From Stegostoma tigrinum (lineage: Eukaryota), in contig NC_081369.1 of assembly GCF_030684315.1 (NCBI RefSeq), forward strand, positions 9,772,035-9,836,034: 64,000 nucleotides of DNA. The letters run 5' to 3'. The notes beneath the pieces were generated by a model, which worked only from the letters and a program-made list of their open reading frames with translations, was not told where the DNA came from and ran no database searches. The position numbers and the translations under genes are program-made. Each line of letters begins with the position of its first letter. Position 1 is the first letter of the stretch. Positions 1 to 12,946 of the stretch are shown in pieces.

Positions 1-3000
1 GATTTTGACTGAAAAATGAATTAACAGCTGAAATAAATCAGCTGTCATGTCAAACAAACTTATGGGATTTGACTTCCATTCTGCTCATTCAATGAATTTT
101 TATTTCATAAACTGAAGGAATGCAAAACAAAACAATATTGTGACAGCAGAAATACCACATTATAAATTGGTGAAAGAAATTTACAGACTAAGACTCAATG
201 CAGGATACAACTAAAGTTGGAGTCAGTAAAAGAGAAACAATCCAGTTTAAGGAAGTAGCAATTTGTCAACGTGAAAGTTGGCTTTCAATTTTTTCTAATT
301 TTTAAGAGGAAGCAAAGACTATCAGTGGTAGTGAGTTCCACTGTTTCAGCTGTTAGAATGAACCAGTTAACAAATGGAGGAAATGGTCAGAGTATGTACT
401 TCAACAAAATGACATTTATGGAACGGGTTTCAGTATGAATGTTGGCTTATTTGGAAATTAGGTTAAACAGATGAGAATTCAGTAGATAAATGACCATTGT
501 AGTATCTTACAAAGGCAAACAAATCAGAAAACAGTGGATACAAGAGGGGGGGGAAATGCCCTAAGAGGTTAAACGGTATGCTGAGACTTAAAAAGGAGGC
601 TATTTAAATATAGCAATAGTATTGAATCCAAGATAATATTTAAAACATGGAACTGTTGAAGATAACATAGATATTCAATCTGAAAATGGACATAACCTTC
701 TTAAAAGTAACGTTTTGTGCTCAAGTCTTGCAGACTTAGTGAACAATGAAGATGAGTAATTCAGTGCATGAAGGCCTACAGATTGAACCAACAAGAGAAG
801 AGATTTTGTTTAATTGCAAGTAACGTAAACAAAGTAGCTTTCTGAAAAATTGAGAACCAATTTATTTGTTGCACTGGAAGTTCAGTTATGAATTCACCTG
901 TGTATAATTATTTAAGAAATGTTGAGTTAAACAGATGCAAAAGGTTAGTAATGGTGGGAGAGGAAAATTTATGTAAGAGAGATTGAAAGGAATAATTAAG
1001 GGTTGTGTCACAATAGATGACAAACATTCAGAAAGCTAAGAAGCAATTTCAAACACTTAGAAATCCTTGGCAAGACTTTGAAAAAAAGAATTAAGAAACA
1101 GTCTGAAAAATAAAGGGAAAGGGACATCAGGTGCAGCAAGCAAGCAAATGGCAGCGATGCTAACACCCACCCTTCATTGGAACATATGAAATAGGAGCAG
1201 GAATAGACTGTTTGGTTTCTCACGCCTGCTGGAGAATTCAATAAAATCACGAATAATCTGATGAGACTTTAATTCCACTTCTCAACTACAACTCACTGTC
1301 CCCCGACCCCAATGACTCAACTTGGCCATTAACATTTGACTGCCTCATAGATCAGAAGTCTGTCTAACTCAGTCTTAAATATATTCAATGATCTAACTGC
1401 CACAGCTCTCAAAATAAAGAATTCCAAAGTTTAGATTGCCTTCTGACAGAAAAACTGATCTTCTTCATCTCCACCTTAAATGAGAAACCCAATACTTTTA
1501 AACTGTGACCCTTGTTCTTGATTGTCCTAAGGGGTAACACATTTTCAAGATCTACTCTGTAAACCCACCCTCAGAATCTTATATGATTTAATAACATCAC
1601 ATTACATTCTTCTAAAATCCAATGAGAAGATTCCAACCTGTTCAATGTGCTGTCATTAAAAAAAAACCCTTACATACCAGCATTAAATTGAGTAATGTTT
1701 TTCTCTCTACTTCTTACGTTGTAAGTATACCCTGTGCTGCAACTGCCCAAAACTGAAGTTGACCAGATGGCCACCTGGGGATGTTTTAGCTGACAAAAGA
1801 TGGGCAAAACGGGTTGACAGTTACTTGCAGCAGATGTTCACAGCCAGACTTGTGGCTTCTACTCAAGGTCACGGGATAAGACAATGAAATATCTCAGTAA
1901 GATAAGACAGGGGCAAGTTAGCAGTGAGGTAGTCCTGATAAGGGAGGCACAAATGAGCAGTTTTTTTTAGCAAACTACTGTAAAAGCTCCATTTAGTATA
2001 GAGCAGAAGGGGAACCTGGACCCATGTGGTTAAAGAAAACATTCAGGTAGTTGTAACTTACACAAAATACACTCTCAGAGATGTACGTTTGTACAATAAT
2101 AGTGTTACTTTTATTGTTACCATACAAGACGCTCATGAATTTAATTAAATTTCTGTAGACAGGCAGCTCTCAGCGCACAGGCATTTTTGATAAGAAAGCA
2201 TCCTTGAAAAATCAAGATGAGAGATGCTGAGTCACAACCAGTCTGAAGTTTAGAGTTTAACAAAAGCCAAAAATGTATGATTCTAAAATAATCTAGAGTG
2301 TTTGGGTAATAGTCATTACATATTAACGTACTGAGGTGTATGAGTGGTGTGAAAATAAAGGTGTAAACCTTAAAGTATCCAGATAAGGATTTAATTGAAT
2401 TCTTATAAGCAGCTAAAATAGCCAGTGAAAAAATCTCATCAGCAGGGAAGACAGAGCAACAAATCGTGTAAATAATCAATCTCTCAGAGAGCAAAAGAGG
2501 TTGTAAAATGCAAAGTAAACAGTTGTAGCTTCACAGCTCTGCTTGCAAAAAGCTGTGAAAATAATTGAATTTCATCCTTAGGAACTGAATTTGAATGTGC
2601 GCTAGTTGGTGGGGAAACTTATGTGAAAGTATTTGAAGTAAAGACAATGACGGGAGGAGTGTGGGCGTCTTGAACCAACTCACAGCTGCAAAATAAAAAG
2701 ACTGTGTATGTTTGATCTCCCCAATTTGTTACCTTTTTAAAGAACTTCAAGATTCAACGTAACTATATAACTTTATACACCTAACCAACTGTATATTTTA
2801 AGTGATAGTACACATTTCAGAATAACTGGTAGAAATTACCACCCTTTTGTATCTTTTATATTGACAGAAGTAAAATAGTTTGCAAAACAGAATGTAAAAG
2901 GTCCTTAGTGATAAATTATTGTTAATTAACGCGATGCAGCTGGCAAGCACCTGAGAAGGAGTGTGGTAATCAGTATACCGAAATCTGAATAAATGCAACT

Positions 3001-3424
3001 TCCATTGTAAGATTCCAAAGATGAGAAATAAAGATGTCTGGGAATGTCATGAGATCATGGGAAGACCTTCAGCTGTCCACAGAGATGTCAAACGCTGATT
3101 ATGTGTTTGCAGGATTGGATGCATAGCTTGGGGGGACATGGCTAATAGTGAGATAAATGTTGTATGTAATCATTGTAATGCAAAATATTCAAAAATGCTG
3201 TACTTGAGTGGGAAGGGCAGATTGGACACTATTCCACTCCCATGCTGCATGGTAAAGAACTCTGAATAAAGACTGACTTGTGCTGCTAGACACAGTACTG
3301 GAGGCATCATTTTGAGATCTCTCTCTCCCCATCATCCTGCTTAAGTAACGAAACCAAATTGTACACACCACCCCATGTGTCTTTTTTAAAAAATCAGTAC
3401 TTTGCACAGCTGCATCTAGATTTC

Positions 3425-3632
3425 GAGAGACCAAGAACTGCCGATGCTGGAGTCTGAGATAACACAGTATGGAATTGGAGGAATACAGCAGGTCAGGCAG
3501 GGTCCTGGCCCGAATCATCAGCTTTCCTGCCCCTCCCCCACTTCTGAAGGGTCTCTACCAGAAGTGTCGGCTTTCCTGCTCCTCTGATGCTGCCTGGCCT
3601 GCTGTGTTCCTCCAGCTCCACACTTTGCTATC
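3425..3632. mobile_element. older palindromic mini-PLE (family A-related)
   Basis: Inverted cagcagg...cctgctg arms; TSD TGCATCTAGA(T/C)TTC at 3411 and 3633. Confidence 0.75.
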
Positions 3633-4527
3633 TGCATCTAGACTTCCACACTTTTATAGCCCACATCACTTATGATAACGGCTAACATTCTATTTGCCTT
3701 TCCAATTATCTGTTGTATCCATGCATTAACTATTTTTGATTTGTACACACAAAAACTCAGATCCCTCTGTACCATAAGTATTCTGCAGTCTCTCTCCATG
3801 GAAATAATATTCTGCTATATGATTGCTACCTAAATTGTGGTGATGTTGCACGAGATGGTCAAGAGATGACTGCCCTCTGTGTTACATTATCATCTTTCCA
3901 TGGACCAGCATTGCAAGCAGGTTGTCGAAGGCATCCAGCCTCGCTTTAGGACACAACTGACTGTTACTATCCCTGCAAATGTGTTTTGAGGTAAAATGTA
4001 TTTGCATGTGATGGCAGAGTTCTGCACTACCTTTCTGTTGGCCTTAACCTTAAACAGACTATCTCCCATAGTCTTTGCTTGGTATGGGTTGTGAATCTTG
4101 GAAACTTGCTTCCCAAATGGCTGAGGATGCTACACCTTAAAATATCTAAGGCTTAGGTAGATAGATTTTGATCTCTCAGGGCATCAAGCAATAAGGCAAG
4201 CTGCCAGAAATATAGCATTGAAGCCAGATATCAGCAATGATTTTACTGAATGGCAGAGCAGACTCAATGAGCCTGATAACCTATGTCTGCCCCTCGTTCT
4301 TGTGTTATGAACTGAAGGGTTGCAGTTTGCCAGGTCCTCCAAATCTACTATCTTTAAAGATGACAATGCATTCCAGTCGCAGTGTAAAAAGTCTTGGGTG
4401 TATACCATTTTCAAAGCACCTCCACAGATAATCTTGCCACAGAGGCATCTTAAAATCTAATCCTTTGAATTGTATTCTATCCATGTGGAGAGAAGCAAAA
4501 CATTACTGTGCCTTTAAATATACTCAC

Positions 4528-4573
4528 CAAATCTGGATGTTCTTGATGCTTACAACAAAAGTTTTCGGTTCAC
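4528..4573 (-). CDS. possible small cytoplasmic exon of the receptor (GEPKTFVVSIKNIQI)
   Basis: Good donor TTG|GTGAGT and open in phase 1, but poor polypyrimidine tract (gtgtgtag) and no homology support. Confidence 0.2.
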
Positions 4574-4750
4574 CTACACACCTTACACGAATGAACTCAA
4601 AAGTAGATTTGTATAAAATGTTAACAATGCATCCAAAAATGAGCTATTGCAGATTTATCAGAGATAGCAAGAACTGTAGATACTGAAGTCAGAGACAACA
4701 CAGTATGGAATTGGAGGAACACAGCAGGCCAGGCAGCATCAGAGGAGCAG

Positions 4751-4778
4751 GACGTTTCGGGTCAGGACCCTTCTTCAG
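4751..4778 (-). ncRNA. minimal hammerhead ribozyme motif in a PLE terminal fragment (about 4660-4782)
   Basis: CTGAAGA-A-GGGTCCTGACCC-GAAAC-GTC. Confidence 0.5.
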
Positions 4779-5118
4779 AGAACAGATTCATTATAGTTTT
4801 GACAGCCATACGACATGGGAATAGACCTTTTGGTCTAACCAGTCTATGTCAACATAATTCCAAGCTAAAGTCGCCCCACCTATTTGCTCCCGATCTGTAT
4901 CCCTCCAAACCTTTCCCATTTGTGTAATTATCCAAACGTCTATTAAATTGTGTTATTGGGCCCACATCCATGACTTGCTCAGAAAATTTATTCCAAATGC
5001 AAACCAAACTCTGAAACATTTTCCCCAATGTCTTTCTTTATAATCTTTCTCATCTCACCTTAAAAATGCCCCTTCAAATCTTGAAAGCCTCTATCTTAGG
5101 GAAAAGATGCCGAGCATT

Positions 5119-5350
5119 AAAAACTGAAAGAATTGTGGATGCTGTAAATCAGGAACAAAAACAGAAGTTGCTAGAAGCTCAGCAGGTCTGGCAGCATCTG
5201 TGAAAATAAAATCAGAGTTCACGTTTGAGTCTGGTGACCCTTCCTCAGAATCCAGTTCTGTGGAAGGGTCACTGAACGCAAAACATTAACTCTGAATTTT
5301 TCTTCGCAGATGCTGCCAAGACCTGCTGAGCTTCTAGCAACTTCTGCTTT
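5119..5350. mobile_element. palindromic mini-PLE (family B)
   Basis: Inverted gctcagcaggtctggcagcatctg arms around a gacccttcctcag/gaagggtc centre. Confidence 0.8.
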
Positions 5351-5560
5351 TACATCTACCATCAACCCTATCTATACCACTCATTATTTTATAAACTTCT
5401 ATACGGTCACCTCCCACCCTCTTACATTCCAGTGAGAAAGGTCCCAGCCTACTTTGTAACTCAAACCTTCCATACCCAGCAAGATCCTGGTAAATCACTT
5501 CTGAAATCTCACCAGCTTAATAATATCCTTCCTATCACAAGGCAACCAAAATTCAAGTCT

Positions 5561-5804
5561 ATAAAATGTGAGGCTGGATGAACACAGCAGGCCAAGCAGC
5601 ATCTCAGGAGCACAAAAGCTGACGTTTCGGGCCTAGACCCTTCAGAGATCTCTGATGATCAGAGATCTTCATCATCTCTGATGAAGGGTCTAGGCCCGAA
5701 ACGTCAGCTTTTGTGCTCCTGAGATGCTGCTTGGCCTGCTGTGTTCATCCAGCCTCACATTTTATTATCTTGGAATTCTCCAGCATCTGCAGTTCCCATT
5801 ATCT
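5561..5804. mobile_element. palindromic mini-PLE (family A pLTR ends head-to-head)
   Basis: Near-perfect inverted arms; 15 bp TSD CCAAAATTCAAGTCT (5546-5560, 5805-5819). Confidence 0.88.
5674..5708 (+). ncRNA. minimal hammerhead ribozyme motif in PLE pLTR
   Basis: CTGATGA-A-GGGTCTAGGCCC-GAAAC-GTC^AG: intact core, stem II, palindromic ACGT in place of stem III; stem I only 2 bp. Confidence 0.6.
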
Positions 5805-6573
5805 CCAAAATTCAAGTCTGTTTTCCAGAAGAGGCCTTACCAATGTCCTCTACAACCTCAACATGACTTCTCATCTCCTATTACTCAAAGGGCTGAGCAA
5901 TGATGGCAAGTGTGTGAAAACATCTTTTTAATCACTTTGTCTAGATGTGAAACAAACTTTGAAAAATTGTGTACATTAACCCATAGATCTCTCTGTTCTA
6001 CAGCCCTACAATTAATTGTATAAGTCCAACCCCTGTTTGTGGTACCAATATGCAACAGCTCGCCTTATCCAGATGGAACAGCATCTGCCATTTTTCAGTC
6101 CTCTAACCCATTTGATCAAGATCTGTCTGTAATCTTAAAGAAGCCATCTGCATACCTGCTACTCCACCAATTTGCGTTGTCTGCAACCATGCCTTCTATC
6201 ATCTCATCCAAATCATTTATATCAAATGACAAACAAAAGAGGACAAAAGAACAAATCCCTGCAGAATGCTGCTGGTGACAGGCCTCCAGTCCAAAAAACA
6301 ACGCTCCACTACCTCTGTCTCCTGCTGTTAAGCCAATTATGTATCAAATCGGCAAGCTCACTCTGAATCCCGTGACTTAACTATACTGATTAGTCTATCA
6401 TACAGAAGCTTGTTGAAGGCTTTATTCAAATCTAAATAGATAACATCTACTGCTCTGCCCTCATCAATCTTTTTGGTAGCTTCCTCTAAAATCTCAAAAT
6501 CAGGATTATAAGACATGATTTTCCTCGCACAAAACAATGCTGACTGTCACTAATCAACTTTTACCTCTCTAAG

Positions 6574-8312
6574 TATTTCCACAATAAAAAAAAATGATAC
6601 CGCTGGAAAACTGCTTTCGCAATAATGTAGCGAATAATATGTAAGTTGTTTGTGAACACTTTGCGCCTACTTCCAACGAAATTGCAAACCTGTCTGCAGA
6701 GAACGCAAGTATAACTTCACTAGAAGCTCTGAATAGAATAGAACTTGGAAATGTGATTTGTCATTTGATATGTAACTATGACATGCTTCAATCCAACAGT
6801 AAATTTTCTTAATACATACTAAAGTAGTCAAATATTGAGTTATTAATTATTTAAAAAGAAATCACATGACTAATTTGGATACTTGATTTTTTTCCCCTAT
6901 CTATCCTGCTTTTCTACAATCCTTTTTTTCAAACAATCACTCCTAATAATTTACCCACAATCACAGGTCTAAAGTTCCTGGTTTCCCTCACAGCCCTTCT
7001 TAAACTTGCAAGATTAGCCAGCCTCAAGTCATCAGGGACCTCACCCGTGGTTATAGATGATGCAAATAGTTCTCACAATGTTCTGGCATAAATGAGTTTA
7101 GGTCTTATCCATCATTAATATTCTTTAAGACCTCCAGAACTTCCGCTTCTGTAATGTAAACTATTTTTAAAACATCAAAATTTATTTCTCTGTCTTCTCT
7201 AGCCTCCCCTTCTTTCCCCAGATAAAACTTTACAACTTGGTGTCTTTGTGTATTTGCATTATTCATTAGTATTAAATCTAGAAGTTCTAACTTTAATGTA
7301 ACTAGATGGCTACTTACCTTTACGTTTACAGCATTTACAACAAATGACCACCACAATAATAATCAGAAGCAGTGAAGATATTGCTATACAGATGTAGATC
7401 CACCAAGGAAAAGATTCACTGATACTGCGATCTGCAAGAAACACACAAAAAGAAAAAAGGTATTCAATTCTAGTAGAAAAACACTGGTGTGTTAGAACAA
7501 TAGATGCTGACTTAACTCAGCCTCCAGGTTATTCTGATGGCACTTTACAGATGATATTGTGAACTTAAGTTACCTGCACAATAACATCACGGCAGGCTTC
7601 GCATCCAACATTTCAATGTGGGCGATAACAGTACTTCAAACATATAAACTTCTCCCTCAAATACATTAGGTGTGGGTTTGAACATTTGAATGCAGGTCCT
7701 ATACAGTTTGGTTCAGAATAGCAATAGATTGGATATATCACATACAGAATCCATAAGCTTGGAAGTGAAAAATTGATGAATTGAAGGTTTCAATGGCTGC
7801 ACTCTTCAAAAGATGAATTTTATTCTCTGCATCTTATCTATATCATATTTAACTTGGATATATTTGCACAAAAAGAAAATGTCATTCTTCAGGACATTCA
7901 TTTTTGTTCGGCTAGAATAAACTATCCTCAAATATGAAAAATGCAAAAATATTTCCACGATAAACAAAAATAATGATACCGCTGGAAAAATGCATTTGCA
8001 AATGTAGCAAAAAATATGTAACTTGTTTTGTGAACAAATTTAATTGCTCTTACTTTCAAATAAACTGCAAATATGTTTGCAGACAACACAAGTATAACTT
8101 TTCTAGAAGATCTAGAGAATAGAATAGATCGCCAGAATAGATCTTGGAAATTTGATTTGTCACTTGAAATGTAACTACAAACGTTCGCCAATCCAACAGT
8201 AAATTTTCTTAACACATACTAGAGTAGTCAATGTTGAATTCTTTGTTATTTAAATAGAAAGCACATGATTAATTTGAATTCTTGATAATCTTTCTTTCCA
8301 TCAATCCTGCTT
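6574..8312 (+). repeat. diverged direct duplication, copies 6574-6911 and 7950-8312
   Basis: Colinear blocks TATTTCCAC, AATGATACCGCTGGAAAA, CAAGTATAACTT, CAATCCAACAGTAAATTTTCTTAA, ATCCTGCTT. Confidence 0.9.
7318..7431 (-). CDS. IgSF receptor exon 4: connecting peptide, transmembrane helix and stop-transfer
   Basis: Acceptor tgtgtttcttgcag; 114 nt, phase 1-1: DRSISESFPWWIYICIAISSLLLIIIVVVICCKCCKRK; donor AAG|GTAAGT. Not in the ORF track. Confidence 0.88.
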
Positions 8313-8764
8313 AATGAATTTATGTGTTGCAACCTTGGGATTTTGAAAGTGCTTTGCAGCCAGTTAAGAACATTTAAACATGTAGCCAATTTGTGTGCAG
8401 CAATGAGCATAGTGGAAAGTAAGCCAGGGCTATTGAAACAGAAATATGAATTTAAATTACACCACAGCTGCAGAAGAATTAGCATTCAATTAATCAATTA
8501 AATTTAACATAAAAATGGTACCATGTAGTAACTTTTGGATTGTCATAAAACCCCTACTGGTTCACCGATGTCTTTCAGAAAAGGAAATAAGCCATTTTTT
8601 CCCTATCTGGTTAGTACGAACACCTAGATTAATGCAACTCATTCTTATCCTTCTAGTATACCATGGGTAATTTGAAATAAATATTGTCAGTGTTATTCAC
8701 ATACTGTGACTAAAAAGCATGGTGAGGCTTCAGCTCATTGTGCTAACTTCTTGTTGACTTTTGA

Positions 8765-10240
8765 TCACAGGAACTGGAACTGCAGACCTATCGGCCTTAC
8801 ATCAGTAGTCAGGAAAATGCTACGATTAGAAAATGCATGAAAAATGAACACGTAAATAAAAATTCTTTGTTTGGTTGCATTCTGCATGGACAAATTTACT
8901 GATTTTTTTTGAGGATGCTGGTAGCAGAATTGGTAAAGGGGAGTCAATGTTTGTACTACATTAAGATTTTCAGAAGGCTATTGCTAAGGTCCCCCACAGA
9001 CATTTAGTTTGAAAAATTAAAGCATATGGTGCAGAAAATAATGTACTGACAAGGGTTTGAGATTATGTTCTGTGTTAGCCGATATAGGAGGAAGTGGGTT
9101 ATTCTCAGGTTGACAGACTGAGACTAGTGGGTTACTACTGGGCCCAGCTGTTCACAATACAGAAAATGATTTGGCTATCTGGAGTGAATGTAATATTTTC
9201 AAATTTGCAGATAATACAAAGCTAAGTAGGAATGTGTGTTAAGAGGAAGATATGAAACATTTTCAGGAGGATTTGGTCGGGCTGTGATTGCGCAACAACG
9301 TGCCAGATGGAATAAAATGTGGGGAAAAAAATCAGGTTACCACTATGGAGGGAAGCACAGGTGTGCAGAGTATTTCTTAAATAGTGAGAGGTTGGAAAAT
9401 GTATATGCTCAAAGGTGACTAGCTGTCCTTGTCAATAAATTACTGATGGCTAACATGCAGGTACAATAAGCTTGTAGGAAGGCAGAAAGAACATTAGCCT
9501 TTATTGCAAGAGGATTTGTGTACTGGTGAATCTTTGCTTTAATTATGAAAGAATTTAGTTTAGATTACAGATGAAAATAAATGCTGGCACAGCCAGTGAA
9601 TCCTCATTCCCTGAATGATTGAAAGATAAAAATGCCACACTTGGACTACTGTGTGCAGTTTTGGCCTCGTTATCTCAGGAAAGATAATATTTCCATTGTG
9701 GGAAAATAACAAAGTGTCACCAGACTTGCTCCAGGATGGCTGAATTGTATTATAAACACAGATTGGGCAAACTTGTTTCACTCAAGGGAAAAGTGATCTC
9801 GTTTGAAAACTATAAAACACTTAAAAGGAATAGACAGTGTAGATGCAGGTAAGATGCTTCCCCTGGCGAGAGTCTAGAATCAGGAGACAATTTAAAAATA
9901 AGGGGGATGACACTTAGGTCTGAGGTGAAGATAAACTTATTTTCAACTCAAGAGGTTGACGCTCCATGGAATTCTCAATCACAGAGGGCTGTGGAAGCCC
10001 AGTCTTTGAATATGTAGACATTGAGAAATTTCTGAATCCCCACAGGTGGTTTTGGGGATGGGGTAGGGAGCTGTTTAGGCAAGTTAATGTGCATCTTGTT
10101 CTCTGGTTTAGGTTGGAGGGACGAACTTGTTGATCTTTTTGATGGACTAGATTTGTTATTTTGAAAAAAACAACAGTTGTATGGAACGTTGACAAGATCG
10201 CAGTAAAGGAGGGGATGGGACATTCTGGATGTGAGAAGGA
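8765..10240 (+). mobile_element. decayed CR1-type LINE RT fragments
   Basis: DFQKA..KVPHR, KFADNTKL remnants; similar fragments at about 1180-1730(-), 15950-17090(+), 18115-18370(-), 32090-33130(-), 33600-34000(+), 42890-43245(+), 47150-47450(+). Confidence 0.65.
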
Positions 10241-10724
10241 GAAAAATAAAAGAATAAAAGAGTCATGGATTTATTTTCTGTGCGGCCACGTATACATGAA
10301 GCTGCAAGTGTAAATAACGGTACATTATACAATTGAAATGTCCAAAGATTGTCCCATAAATAGACAAGGAAATTTTTGAACTGTCAAGGTGCATCTTGAA
10401 ACAATCTGAGGATACTCTCCCCAAATGCATTTTTGTAATCAATAAGCTGTTGTTTGATTTACTTTGAAGTTTACTTGTGACGATTTAAAACAGAAATATA
10501 TTGAGTAAAATTAATCTTTAAAATTGGTGAAAAATTGTATCACTGAGGATGGTAGTTGCAGTTGATACACCAGGCCATCAGGCTTGATCAATTTTACCAA
10601 ATTTTTCAAAATCACCTGCCCTACATTTACAGCCTCTCAGGCATTTATGGTGAAAATGCTTCAAACCAAATGCAGTAAAGCCACAGCATGCTTGATTTCA
10701 CAACTAAATAAACATTGTTCTTAC

Positions 10725-11021
10725 CTGGAATATCAACTGTGTAATTGGTCCTAGTTGGATCCTTGAGGGTAGTGTGAGATACCTCACAGACATAAACAGT
10801 TCCAGTATGAACTGGCTGTGTTTCTACCAAATAACTGGTAACTTCATAAAGTCCCTCAGTGTTCTTCGCTCTGGATGTCTTTATTCCCGTTCCAACATTT
10901 TGACCATTTTTACGCCAAGCAATCGTGTAATTATCAGGATAGAATGCAGATGTTTTACATATACATGTTAGAAAGCCATCCGCAGAAAACTTTGGAATAA
11001 TCTTCAGAGGATGTGGAGAAG
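10725..11021 (-). CDS. IgSF receptor exon 3: C1-set domain
   Basis: Acceptor tttttttctgtag; 297 nt, phase 1-1, open: ASPHPLKIIPKFSADGFLTCICKTSAFYPDNYTIAWRKNGQ...GLYEVTSYL...YVCEVSHTTLKDPTRTNYTVDIP; C..FYP..W and YxCxVxH are C1-set hallmarks; donor G|GTAAGA. Only the 3' part appears in the ORF track (10645..10830). Confidence 0.92.
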
Positions 11022-12946
11022 CTACAGAAAAAAATAAAAAAAGGTTTCTTAATTTCCAAGTTAGACTGCATATACAGTATATTTCTTTGGGTAATGTTTA
11101 ACATCAATGTAGTTGTTTTTTACTTATTAACTGGTTCATAGAATCCTTTTATTTGATACGATTGTGAATTACTTTGTATTAATTTTTGAGCTTGGCTGTT
11201 GAGAAAATTCTGACATAACATTAAATAGAAACTTGGGGTATTTGCAACATATTGTAGTGTAATAAGACTACATACAAAAATGTGGATTATTCAAGAATTT
11301 ACTGGGTGAATACATTATTTGTTGGTTCAATCGCTGGGTCGGCATTGGATTAATTAGTGCCATTTTGCATGATTATAATTGGCTTAGGTTCAAGTCTGAC
11401 GTGCTCCAGAGATAGGTCATAACATCCCTGAACAAGTTGATTACAAATATCTCTGAGGCTAAATAGGGAAAATTAAATGAGCCATGTTTCAAATTGCTAT
11501 CCAACGATGCCTGTGAAAATGTTTACTGAGAATATCCACTCAGAACGCAATTGATTTTCTTGCAAATATTTTGTAAAATTCATTGTTCGTGCTAATTGAC
11601 AGAATAGCTTAGCTCTAGCTCTGCCCAACAGAAAAAGGACAATGATAATCACTATGTCAGCTACTTGCATGGAGCACACTAAATTTTATAAGACAAAATA
11701 CTGCAAGGCTGAATGGGGAGGATATTGAGTCGTCCTACTGCCGAGACCTGGCACTGACATAAAGGCTGAATGGCAAAGTATTATTCTGTAGCCATTGTAT
11801 GATTTAATTTTACATTTCTCAGTATTCTGGAATCAAGAAAAAATAATTCTGGTAATTTCCCCTGGAAAAGGTTTCAATAAAAATAATCATTACTCATTTG
11901 GCACATATTACTACATAAAAGATCCCAACAGAAGAATCAATATGACAAGTACAACACAGGAACAATTTGTTTAGGGAAACTAGAACATGTGCATATTTGC
12001 ATTTCTTTTTGGTCATTTGTGTAATGTGAATTTGGCCACATGTTCTGGTTGTTCTCAGTTGTTCTTGAGAAGGTGATGGTGAGCTGCCTTCTTGAACTGC
12101 TGCAGTCTATGAGCTGTAATGGGGCTGAAAGTGCCCTTTGGGTGATAATTTCAAGATTTCTCCCCAGTAGCAGTGAAGGAACGGTGATATGTCTCCAAGT
12201 CTAGATGGTGTGTGGCTTCGAGGGGAACTTGCAGGTAGTACTGTTCCAGTTTACCTGCTGCCCTTATCTTTCTAGATAGTAGTGCAAATAGAATTGGAAG
12301 ATGCTGTCTGAAGGTCTTTGGCAAATTTATGCAGGACATCTTGGAGATAATACAGTGTGAGCATTGTGATGGAGTGACTGAATGCTTATGGATGTGTTGC
12401 CAATCACATAGGCTGCTTTGTCCAGGCAATTGGGGAGAATTCCATCACTTTAGAGAATTTGGAGGTGTTATTCTTTGCAGTATTAGTAGACTCTGACCTG
12501 CTAACTAAACTAGAGATAAATAGCTTTAAAAGCAGGATGAAAAGATGGACCTTAAATTTAAACATGTAATTTGCATTTTTTAAAAGGGCACTGCATTTAT
12601 TTATGCCTGATCTAATGTGGGACTGTTTGCTGTTAGCACTGGGTGCCTGAATTGAAAGATTTCCATCCTATTCCATTAACCTAAATGAATCAACTGGACA
12701 ATAGGCGATTCATTTAATGCAATATTACAAAATGAGACAGTTAAATAGCAAATTTGCAAAAATAGAAACCTTCAAAAAAAGTAATCATAATGTAAGAAAT
12801 TTTATCTTTAGTTTGAAAGTTAAATCTAAAACTAATCTTAAGCTGAACTTCACTGGTTGGAGGAATGATATTAATTGGGAAGCTATAGTAAATGTTATGG
12901 TACTGCAAATGCAGTGGCTGTTTCAGTACAGCTTGAGCACTAGCAT

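Larger units (their letters stand above)
4790..7240 (-). mobile_element. decayed CR1-type LINE interrupted by mini-PLEs and a duplicated segment
   Basis: Antisense RT/3' tail remnants (e.g. DINDLDEMIEGMVAD). Confidence 0.65.

Noticed and set aside
1-2810. Decayed LTR-retrotransposon internal region and LTR
   Set aside because: A-rich composition is suggestive, but I could not identify gag/pol motifs or element ends.
2580-3972. Terminal cytoplasmic exons at acceptors 3972 or 2685
   Set aside because: Plausible AG sites, but short featureless peptides and no way to choose without cDNA.
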